Assembly: GCA_025558095.1 (NCBI GenBank)
Contig: JAIVFI010000034.1
Span: forward strand, 248,001-312,000
Length of the DNA: 64,000 nt
Reading direction: 5' to 3'
From: Hyaloraphidium curvatum SAG 235-1
Lineage: Eukaryota > Fungi > Monoblepharomycota
The notes beneath the pieces were generated by a model. That model did not search any database. It was not told the DNA's origin and saw only the letters and a list, made by a program, of their open reading frames with translations. A program made the translations under genes and the position numbers. This document shows, piece by piece, positions 54,025-64,000 of this stretch. How positions within the stretch are numbered: the stretch's first letter is position 1; each line of letters begins with the position of its first letter.

Positions 54025-56468
54025 ATGGCGACGGCTTCGCTCTGCTCGGTGTGCAATCTGAAAGTCCGGCCCTTTGAGCGTGCCGATGCGCCGCTGGATC
54101 CCGGCCAGGCCCTGCACGCCCTGTGCTGGAAGTGCCAGACTTGCAACGTCCTGCTCGATGGAAAGAGCGCCGCGAAGCTGGAGAAGCCGGACGGATCTGC
54201 GCCTGTCTGGTACTGTCGCGCCCACTACAACAAGGTAAGCTTCGCCGATGGCACGTCATCTGCGGCTCCCTGATGGCCAAGGGAAGGCGTTCAAAGAAGC
54301 GACAGGCAGCTTGCCGCGTTCGCAACAGTCCACCCCGCCCTCGAGCCCGATGAAGAGAAGCGACTCCGGGACACCGCCGCTCTCAAGCTCTCGCGCGTCT
54401 CCGCTGTCGGCACCTTTGCCGGTTGGGCGGGATTCCGCCCGTCAGGAGATGACTCCCGAGCCCTCCCCGCCGACGGCACCGGCGGCGTCAAAAGCCCCTG
54501 AATCGCCCAGCAAACCGGATCTTGTTGTCGATTCATTGCCGCCGCCCGCCGCGCCAGTCGCGATGCCCGCGGAGGAGCAGAAGCCGGCGGCGGACCCTGA
54601 ACCTGATCCCCCTTCGGCGTCTTCAGCAAATGAACCGCCAGTCTCGGAAGAACGTTCGTCGCCTTTGGAACGATTACCAGCTACAACATTGCAGGACGTG
54701 CCCCAAGCGGAACCTAGGCTTGATTCCGTGTCTGGAGTGTCAGGTTCTAATGTGGGACCTGCTTCCACGAAGGAGCCGGAGCCTGTTTCCAAGGACGAGC
54801 CAGAACCTGCTGCGAAGGAGGAGTCGAAGCTTCCTTCCAACGATGAGCCGAAAACTGCTTCCAAGGAGGAGTCGAAGCCTGCTTTTCAGGAGGAGCCGCC
54901 CTCCCAGGAGGAGCCAAAGGAAGAAGCTCGCGCGCTTGAAAGCGCACCGGAGCCTGTGGTCAAACAACCTACCGGCGAACCGAAAGCGTCTTTGCCGAGT
55001 TCAGCGCTCTTTCGGTCGGATTCTCCACCGCCTGCCAAGGACGAGGTCTATGTTCCCAAAGTCGGTGGACGGGGCCTTGCCAACACGGCTCTGAGCTACG
55101 CGGAGGACAGAGCAACGGCCAGCACGAACGTGCAGAAGAAGGACGATAAGAGGGCGGCTCCCGTCAAGAAGGACGTGCAGCCCAAGGCCGCGAATCCTGC
55201 GGCCGCCAAGATGGACGCTCCGAAAGCCGTGCCGCCAAAGTCGAACGAGAAGAAGGTGGAGCTGAAGGACGACGGCGGAAAGGCGCCTCCTGCACAGCCA
55301 AAAGCGGAGGAGGAAGTGGCGAAGAAGAAGCCGGAGGAGGACCCCAAAGCACCCGTGACGAAGCCGATGGATCAATCCAAGACAGCACCAACCAAGGCGC
55401 CCGAGGGAAAGGCTCCCGTTTCCGGCAAGGACGCCTCCCCTGCGGATCCGGCCAGGCCCGTGTTCAAAACCCGCAAGGAGCGGGAGACGTGGGAAGCACA
55501 CCAGGCCTTTCTCGAAAGGCAACGGGAGCTGGAAGCCACCCGCGCCAAGCTTGCTGCAAAGCCAGTCAAGTCCCGCGCCCAGATCAAAAGACAGGCCGAG
55601 GTCGAGGCGACCAGGAAGCGATTGGAGGAGCTCGGGGTCACGTGGCGGAGTTGGGAAGAGCCGGACGCCAAGCTGAGCGCCTTGAAGAGCGCGGCGTTCG
55701 GCGACGTCGTCGCTGCTGCGAGCTTCAGTCTCAAGGTGGACGACCAGATCCCGTTCGACAAGGAGAAGCAAGAGATCGAAAAGAAGAAGAAAGATGCGGA
55801 GAAAGCCGTTGTCTCTGAGGTGGGCGGAGTTCTCTTTGCGGTGTTCGTGTCATCGTCGGTAACCGGCCTTTCAGATTTACACCAAACCTATCGACGTCCT
55901 TCTCGACGAGATAACCTCCAAGCACATTGCCGAGCGCGAGCGCGAGGAGAAGCGTCGGGACGAGGAAGAGTGGAGGCAGATCGAGAAGGAGCGGGAGATT
56001 GCTGAAATGGGAGCGCGGGTTCACCCCTTCAAGCGGTTCACTGAGGGCGGCGGGGAATCGTCCCGGAGCAACGGCCAGCACGAACTGGACGAAGGCCCAG
56101 AGGACATGGAGGATGGCGGACCCGAGGCCGGTGAGGTCCTGGATCTCTACGGCGGCGACTCGGACGATGGTGGCGAAAAGCGGCGGAAGCGAAAATCGAA
56201 GAAGGGTGGCGCGACAGTCGGGGAGACGACGGCTACCAACTCTTCACGCAAGGTGCCGCCGGATGCGCAGAACACGCCCGCATCTGCTCCATCTGCGCGC
56301 TCAACGCAGCCTACAACGCCTTCGCAGCCCGCACCTGCGGCGTCGGTGACAAAAGGACCGTCGACAGAGCCGCAGCAGGCCGCGGCTTCCGCCGCGGCTG
56401 CGACGCAGCCACCGAAGAAGAAAGGACTCCTCGGGGTACTCAAAGGTCTCGGCAAGAAGAAGTCGTAG
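54025..56468 (+). CDS. LIM-domain protein with a long Pro/Glu/Lys-rich disordered region and coiled coil
   Basis: CSVC...HALCWKCQTC...YCRAHY matches the LIM consensus; intron donors at 54235 and 55820; EPK/EESK repeats. Confidence 0.72.
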
Positions 56469-56512
56469 ATTGCTAGATTTGTACACTTATTGCTTCGGTA
56501 GACGAAAAGCCC

Positions 56513-57513
56513 TCATTCATCGTTCGACGCGTACTGGTGCAAGAAGCTTGCCAGGAGCGGAGTCACGGCTGAGGCGGTCGCGGGTCAGATACCTGCGTTC
56601 GAGAGTAGCGCCTGCGCGTCTACACGCACCTTCGGGGTTCGTGACCGGCAGGACGTGCGCTCCATGCTTGATGACGAAGAAGCCCTTGAGAGCATCCTTG
56701 TTGATCTTGTCGAGAGTGTGATAGGCCTCGTTGACGGGAAAGGAACGATCGAGATCGCCATGGAGGATGAGCGTGGGTTTCGAGAGGTTGGCCAGCTGCT
56801 CTTCAAGGTCCGACCGACCCATGGCGGAATCGAAGGCCAGATTCTGGTTACCAGATTACGATGAGCGCGAGGTCGCAGCATAGAGGCAGTGACAACCCAC
56901 ATAGCTCTCGGCGCCCCGCTTGACAGCAGCATCTCGCCAGCGCTTGATTTCTTTCTGATCGGTGAACTTGTCCCCGTCCCCGAAGGCGATGAAGATGAAC
57001 GCAGGAAGGATGGTGTCGAAGCCTTCCTCCGCCCAGGTCTTGCGGAGGCCTTTGAGCGCCTCGAGGCTTTCGGGCGACTGCTTCCTCGTCGACGAGCTCA
57101 TCACAACGATGGCACGGACCCGGTCCTCGTGCTTCGCGGCCGCTTCGACTGCGAGCCAGCCGCCCTGGGACACGCCGACGATCGTGACCGGCGAACGGAT
57201 CCCCAGGTGGTCGAGCAGACCGACGACATCTTCGACGACGTCCGCCGTCGTGAAAGGTCCGGCCGCCGGCGTGTCTCCGAAGCCTCGCAGATCGATCGAG
57301 ATGCAGCGGAAGGTCGAGTCGAGGGAGGCGATCTGAGAAGGCGTGCTCCGGTCAGGTTGGTTCAGGATCGGTGCTTATCATGCCCACCTGGTGTTCCCAC
57401 ATCGTTTTATCCATGAACAGCGCGTGGAGGAACACGACTGTCGGCACCTCGGGGCCGGAAGGGCCCGAGACGCTGTAGGAGAGAGTGTGGTGGCTGGGCA
57501 GCGTGACGAGCAT
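56513..57513 (-). CDS. Alpha/beta hydrolase, 3-oxoadipate enol-lactonase-like
   Basis: VVFLHALFMDKTMW, IDLRGFG, GVSQGG (nucleophile), PTLILHGDLD, GAH; 3 introns. Confidence 0.85.
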
Positions 57514-58287
57514 GATTTGAATTGCTATTCCTGAACGAAGTGCGACCGTCGGAACGTCGAAAACGATGCCTTTATAGCTCTAGTTCCTCCTTCTTGGGTT
57601 GCTCCGTTATTGGTGACGGACCGATGAGTGTGTCCGCGACGGAGTATCCTCGTGTTGTAGGATCTTCCATCTTTCCTCCCCAAGCCCTTTCATACCCCGG
57701 CCGCTTCACATCGAGCATCGAGCAATCAAAAACAGCTGCTTTCGGCTCGATAGGTGCAACGATGTCGGGGCCATTCAAATCCCCGGAGCCACAGGAGCGA
57801 CAGGAGGATCTGCAGACGCCATTTTCGCTCTACGTGGTCGTTTTAGGAGAACCACCGCATGCAAGAAGCAGCGTCTCTTGATAGAACCACGATCCGAGAG
57901 ACACCGAGGAGGATTCCGTGGAATGGGGCCTGAACGACGGTGGTAACGCGTTGCATCTCTATAGCAACTCCTACGCGGCGCGCGTCGCGAGGGTCCGCTG
58001 GAGCTCCTCGGGCGAGGGTCTTCGAAGAACTTACAATAGAATGCATATGAAATAGAGATGCGAGAACCAGCACAGTGTTCCCTATTCTGCGGTGATTGGT
58101 TTCGCCGGCGCGGCGATCATCACTCGACGTGCGGGGGCTACTCCAGTCTTGCCCGCCCTGCAGCTGCTACAGCCGACGATGGGGGCTTGATTTAGTCACG
58201 TCTTGGTGTCACTTCCGAGGCGGTCGAAGCTAGCGCCATTGGACCGCGTTCGGCGGAGCTCTTTGACGCGTCTTGCCCGGCGGAACG

Positions 58288-60738
58288 ATGCAGTCCTACG
58301 GGGGCGGCGCCGAATATCCAGAGGACGAAGAGGGATACGGCGAAGATGGAGAGGCCGAGGGCTACTACGACGACGAGGAGGAAGGCGCCGGCGATGAGGG
58401 CGGCGGCGGGCAGGGCGGTTACGCCGAGGAGGAGCAGTTCGACCTCGGCGCGCTAGCGGAGGAGGAGCTGGCGGCCCAGGAGTCCGAACAGGACGAAGAA
58501 GAGGAGGAGGAGGAAGAGGAAGAGGAGGATGACGACGAGATGGAGGGTGTCACCATGGACCAGTGGGCACTGCCGAGACGCGATGCCTTTTCGGCCTCTC
58601 ACGCGCGCCCCCAGACAAAGCGCAAACTTGCTCATGCAGTTGCAGTCTCACGCCAACATGCTGCCAAAGGGACAGCAGTATGCTTTTGCCAACATGGCAC
58701 CTAGGGGCCAGCAACCCGTGCCCAGGGGAGGGCGCGGACGCGGAGGTGCCCCGCCAAACGAGCGCGGCGGGGGAAGGACTCTATCGAGCGGCTTGCGCGT
58801 CGGCACGCCTCATGAGACGCCGCCAGAGTCGCCTCCCGATACCCCATCGTTGGGAGGCGGACGCGGAGGCCGCGGTGGCGGCGGCGGTGGTCGGGGCGGC
58901 CGAGGCGGCCAGGGCGTGACCCCACGGGGTCGCGGTGGTCGCGGCAGAGGTCGCGGAGGCTCGAATGCCTACCAAGGACCCCCCATTGCCGGAGACGAAC
59001 CTCTTTCGGATTGGACGATGTCGCAGCTCCGCGAGTTCGCCAACGAGCTGCCCGACAACAAGCGCCCATTCCACGGCTATCTGGAGAAGTTCCTGGTACG
59101 TAACGAGCACCGTGTTTGACGCTTCATGTGTTAATGGTTGATTGCGCTTTCAGAGTGGCTCCTGGGACTTTGTGACTTTCCTGAGCCAGGGCTACATGAA
59201 GCTGACGAAGGAGCAGTTTTCCAAGCTCGAATCCTTTTTCACTCCCGCACAGCGTGCCGTTTTGACGCCCGACATGCGGTCGCAAAAGTACAAGCGGCGC
59301 CAGTCCATGAAGGAGGAGGAGGAGGATCAGCCTGGCACTCCGGTTGGAATGCAGAAGCGGGGACCGAACGCGCAATCGCCGACCTTCATCGAGTCACAGT
59401 GGGCTCAGCGGGCGTTCTTCCTTGTTCTATCTCCTTACAATTTCCCACAGACCTGCTGCGAAGAGGATGAAGACCGAACCTGTTCCGAACTACGGGTCTC
59501 CCAGGCCGCCCATCCGGCCGCAGGGTGTCATGCCTACCTCTACGCCGGTTCGCCCGTCTCCGCTCGGCATGCAGTCGCCCATCAACGGGCCGCAGTTCCG
59601 GCCCGGTATGGGCGGCCCGGTCACGGGGCCCAGGCCACCTGGGCAGTATGCCGTGCGGCCTCCGACGCAACCAGGCACACCAGGGGTAGCCTACGCGTTC
59701 CAGCCTGGACCCAGGCCACCAGCTGCCGGACGACCGGGCCAGGGGCGCGCGGCGGAAGGCGGAATCGACGACGCCTTCGACGCGTCTTTGAACAGCGGCG
59801 TGGACCTGCAGGCCGAGGAGAAGGGCCTGTTGCGTTTCGGGGACGACAGCGGCAAAATGGGCGACCAGCATTTGCGTTACTCGACGCCGCCGCAGAGTGA
59901 AGTCGAGGCGAAGCAGCTGGTCAAGGCGCGAATGGTCGAGATCGGTGAGTCGAGCTCTGTAGTCTGTACCGTTTCAATTGCTTGAGACCTCGGTTCTCCA
60001 GCCCGGGGCAGCGGCTCGGAGACAGCGCTCAACGTCAACGACGGTGCGGCGACGGCCATGGCTGGATGCTTGGACGATCTGCTTCGTTCCCTCATCGAAA
60101 AGATGGTGGTTGCGTCGAAGCACCGCAACGGCATATATCGCCAGATGCTCGAGGAGGACTCCACGCGGGAGGTTCAGCGGACGGGCTCGGGTGTCGAGTT
60201 CCGCTACCAGAAGACCACGGACGTCAAGGCCGTGATCGAGGATCTGCGTTCCAAGGAACGGACCCGGGAGCTGGAGGAGCGGCGGAAGGTCGCCGAGCTA
60301 CAAAAGGACGTCGAGATGCAGAACTCGCTGGACATGGCGGAGCTGGCCAAGAAGGCCAAGAAAAAGACGCTCTCTGTGAAGCGGATCGAGGAGAACCTGC
60401 CGGCCGAGATCAAGGCACGCAACCAGCGGAACGCGATCGAGAAGTCGATCGGGTCGAAGAAGACCTACGGCTGGCTGGAGGGCGGCGGGAAATCGGACGG
60501 CCTGGTGCCGACGGCCAAGGCGGGCGGGCCGCCGAAGCCTGGACCCGGAATCACCGCACGGGAGCTCAAGCAGCAGCAGCGCTTAGAGCAGCACGCCAAA
60601 AAGATGGCGCGGGTGGTGAACGTCGAGGACGCGCTGCTGGTGCTCGAAAAGGATCGGAGGTTCAGGTTGAGCAAAGCGAACATGCGGTGGGTCGCATGGA
60701 GGGACGCGAAGCTCGTGGCGCAACCGGGGCCCAAGTGA
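58288..60738 (+). CDS. TAF4: TFIID subunit TAF4 with an acidic and RGG-rich N-terminus
   Basis: SGVDLQAEE; histone fold CLDDLLRSLIEKMVVASKHR; RNAIEKSIGSKKTYGWL; RVVNVEDALLVLEKDR match the conserved TAF4 blocks; multi-exon. Confidence 0.78.
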
Positions 60739-60866
60739 ACGATGCTTTTGCCGATGTAGCAGCCTGGTAATTGATCGATCTTTGGGTTGATCTCTTTCGA
60801 TGCGTAGATCCAAGAGGGGAGAGAGGCTCGCACTGCCTCGTCACCACACACACCTCCGAATCCGGA

Positions 60867-61711
60867 ATGCTCAGTTCAACGTCTCCCCAGTCCGCCGAGT
60901 CCGATGCCCCGTCAGCGAAAGCCGGCGGGCTACCGCCGCTTCTGGCCGATACCGAGTTGCGGGCGCGGGCCAACCGGTCGACCCAGGCGAGAAAGAGCGA
61001 CGTCGACGGCCTCGGCGTGTTCGCGACCGAGCGCATCCTGAAGGGCCAGGTGGGGCGCTCCGGCCGGTCACGGGCCGGAACAGGGAGCTCATGACTACTC
61101 TGACGCAGGCCTGGTGGGAGTTCGACCCTTCGCGACACGTCCTCGTTACGAGGGAGCAGCACCACCGCCTGGTCTCTGCCGCTGCTGCGCACCCCGACCG
61201 CTATGGCCGCCTCCTCGACGCCGTCCACCGCTATTGTTTCCACTCTCGGTTTCACGGCACGGGAGTCTTTTGCCTGGACGACTCGTAGGTTGCCGGTGAA
61301 CCAGGGGTCGCAGCGACGCTGATCTGAGCACCCGGCAGGCGCTACACCAACTTCTCCTCCGACTCGCCCAACTCCTGCCCCGCCTCGGTCTTCTACGCCT
61401 CGCAGGCTATTTGTAGCGCGGCCGAATCGGTGAATCGATTCGAGTCGCCCTCAGCAAAACGATGGCGATTCTCCGACTCGCACAGGCAAGCTCCAGCTGA
61501 GCCCGATCACATTCACAAAATTCCAGGTGCCATCGTTTTGCACGGAGATGTTGCCGCCGTTGCCAGCTCTGGCGGCGCGGCAGTTGGACCTAGAGCACGT
61601 GAACTCGAGAACCAAGGCTATCTCGGCCATTTCTCGTCCGATTTCGAAAATAACAGTGGCGAGGCGCTCATCTCAATAGAAAACAGCCAGTTGCAGCCGG
61701 GATTTGGCTGA
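60867..61711 (+). CDS. Small divergent SET-domain-like protein (3' end uncertain; may be degenerate)
   Basis: KSDVDGLGVFATERILKGQ|, CLDDS|RYTNFSSDSPNS, FYASQAI; introns 61050-61108 and 61285-61338. Confidence 0.5.
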
Positions 61712-61820
61712 ATCCGAAGAATTCTTGTCCTGTTGAGAGGGAGGTGGAAGCCTTCGTGCGGGAAACAGCCCGTGATGAGCTGGCGCTCCTCGCACATCGA
61801 ATCCACTGAACAAGAACGCG

Positions 61821-62520
61821 ATGACGGATTCCGAGGGCGATGTTGAGCACGGAAACGCTGGTGGAACGCCCAAGGGTCTGTGGTTCGGAGTACGTGACGA
61901 GGGACTGGCTCGCTGCTGCCCCGATTTGATGACTTTCGCAAAGTACGCCGACAAGAACCTGACGTGCGCCAACAAGGGGCAAGGGCAAGGAGAGAAGTCG
62001 GAGGAGGACGCGTGCCAGGTGCCCGGTCGCACCATTCCGAAGGTGGGGCAGGCTGCGCCTCAGCCCGCAACTCGTGGTCATGACACGCCACCTACACCTG
62101 CTGCCTCAGGGTGCGCTCATCGTTCGGCACTTCAGCGGAAATCCCACGCGCGAGGGATGGCAAACGGTTGTGTCATTCCACTTGGAGTGCGTTCGGCCGA
62201 GCTGGGTCAAGCGTTGGGAGCTGAAGGACGACATGCTGGATTCAGCTCTATCTGCCCAGGTGAGACCGGCTTTCTGCCTTGACGATTGCATCTGATGGCC
62301 GAACTCTGCGCAGGACAAGGCCTACATCAAGGAGTGTTTCGACGTCGGCCAAAACGAGCGCTTCTGGGAGGCGAGGCGGGGCTCGCTGCATGAGGACCAG
62401 TTGTTCGTAGCCCGCACCGTCTACGAGGCGCAGCAGCAGTCGCTGACGTCCCCTGCGGCGCGGAAGGCAGAGGCAAGGAGGAAGGCGGAGGCCGATCGGA
62501 TCGCGGCCGAGGCCGAGTGA
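61821..62520 (+). CDS. Small stand-alone PARP-type zinc-finger protein
   Basis: Exons 61821-62042, 62110-62259, 62314-62520; AKYA..C...C...TIPK|GALIV...SFHLECV...LSAQ|DKAYIK. Confidence 0.6.
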
Positions 62521-63029
62521 CGGTCGTGCCTCCTGCCTCGGAGGCGTCCTTGGTAGAGACGGCGACTCTTGAAGGTGCTTTTACACGATCCGTGATTCTT
62601 TCTGAAAGGCACCGTCGATCCTCTTTTGTCCTCTTTGTTGGTTCGATCCCACTGATCTCCTGAAGCTGGCAGAGCATTGCTCCGCGTCTGGTCCCGCGGT
62701 CCCGAAACGACACAACCCGGCGTTCGACCCGGCAGGCCTTCCGCTTTCCCCGCTGCGCCCTCCCAAAACGGCGCATCGCCTCGTACTTTGAGCGAGTCGC
62801 GTGCCTGCTGGCCGGGCGCCCTCCTTTTCCGCGGCGGTGCGCCCGTTTCGCGACTCTTTGGTCGCGCGACCTCACACGCTTCCCGGGACCGCTCCGGCAG
62901 GGCAAGGAGGTGCACGTCGCCGCAAACCCACTGTACCTTCTCTTCTATTGCCTCTTTTGCTCGCCGTTTGATCCAATCGCCTCCGGCAACGCAGTTCTCC
63001 AACGTTCCTCGCGCGACGTCGGACGCGAG

Positions 63030-63950
63030 ATGCCACTCCAGCGGAGGGCGGTTTCTTCCATCGTACCGAAATTCTTTAACCGTGGATCGTGGCTCACTGA
63101 CGATAACGAGTGTATCATCTGTGGTGGCGTCCTCCGGGACAAGGAGGATCGGGGTGAGGTCGAGGAGCATCTCAGGTCATCGTACCACGTCAGGCGCTAC
63201 GTCCAGGAAGTGGTACGTTCCTTTGTGCCGTATCTTTGTCCTTGATTGCTCATTGGGAATTTGCAGGACGTGCTGCTCCTCGGGACGGCGGCATCCGAGG
63301 CCCTGGATCTTCTTCAACGTGCCCATGACCGCGAGCAGGTCCGCTTCGGACTCGACAGCGGTGAGCTCCGGCACATGTCATGGCGTTGATTTTGCTGCTG
63401 ACCGCGGTGGTTTGCCTTTCCCAGTCCAGCGGTACCTCTGGGGGCACAAGCACCTGAACATTGCCGGGGAGGCCCAACCCGTGAGGCGCAGCCAGGGACC
63501 GGTGGAGTTCGTCCTCATCGCCATGGACGTCACCGGCAAGGCGACGAGATGCGTGGAAGCCATCAGCGCCCTGTGCAAGGCAAGGGTACGGCGCTCACCG
63601 TCTCCTATCGGCTTCCCTTCTAACCTGTCTTTCCGCCCCCATGTTTGTTTGTGGTACGTTCGTTGACATCTCTTCTACTCGCGCAGAACGTCCCAGTGGC
63701 AGCTGTCCGTTCCCAAGTGCTCCTCGGGGCGGCGTGCGGCTTCTCCAAGGGCACCACGTGTGCGCTGGTCAAGGGCGGCACCCACGTGGCCGATCGGCAA
63801 CGGATCAATGAACTGGTTCGGCGGATCCGCCTCATCCAGGAGGGAACCTTCGGGCCGGACGAGGATCCCGGAGACTCTCCGTCGTTCGTCGCTTTCGGGC
63901 CTGGTCCCGCTGGCAGACCGGCTTCAGCTGACGAGTCGGACGGCGGATAA
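63030..63950 (+). CDS. U1/matrin-type zinc finger plus divergent L7Ae/Snu13-like domain protein (233 aa, 4 exons)
   Basis: Exons 63030-63212, 63267-63360, 63425-63585, 63687-63950 splice in frame; CIIC..x15..HLRSSYH; ALDLLQRAHDREQVRFG, EFVLIAMDV, LCKARNVPVAAVRSQVLLGAACG. Confidence 0.72.
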
Positions 63951-64000
63951 CGGACATTTGAGGTTATGCTATCGAGTGTTGCTATCGGATGTGGTTATCA

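Noticed and set aside
57572-58120. Possible small spliced minus-strand gene ending ...PKKEELEL*
   Set aside because: Splice-like signals are present, but no consistent start-to-stop model or recognisable motif could be built
62421-63477. Minus-strand ORFs as a degenerate transposon
   Set aside because: Better explained as the antisense of the spliced + strand zinc finger-L7Ae gene and its promoter
1-64000. Prokaryotic defence systems, CRISPR arrays, tRNA/rRNA
   Set aside because: The DNA is intron-containing and eukaryotic; no regularly spaced repeats or RNA gene signatures were seen by eye

Overview
Gene-dense, GC-rich eukaryotic DNA with many short (about 50-110 nt) GT-AG introns. A Zn2Cys6 cluster, an Mbp1/Swi4-type KilA-N domain, PPN1 and DSC3 point to a fungus, most plausibly an early-diverging zoosporic lineage (Monoblepharidomycetes-like; this is inference). 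About 38 protein-coding genes could be reconstructed by hand-splicing. No rRNA, tRNA, CRISPR array or intact transposon was seen. Highlights: (1) a spliced cobalt-type nitrile hydratase beta-alpha fusion with an 18-His linker, lying tail-to-tail (60 nt) with an intronless SAM-methyltransferase that carries its own 15-His insert, a candidate eukaryotic NHase metal-loading or regulation module; (2) a transcription factor that fuses a complete Zn2Cys6 cluster to an Mbp1-type KilA-N domain with no ankyrin repeats; (3) a U1/matrin zinc finger fused to a divergent Snu13/L7Ae domain; (4) co-directional gene runs with gaps as small as 26-45 nt, possibly polycistronic; (5) a dominant GTGGG 5' splice-site signature; (6) a possible insect-chemoreceptor-like 7TM channel; (7) bacterial-like HGT candidates and a tandem pair of orphan paralogs. 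All calls come from motif recognition, not database searches.
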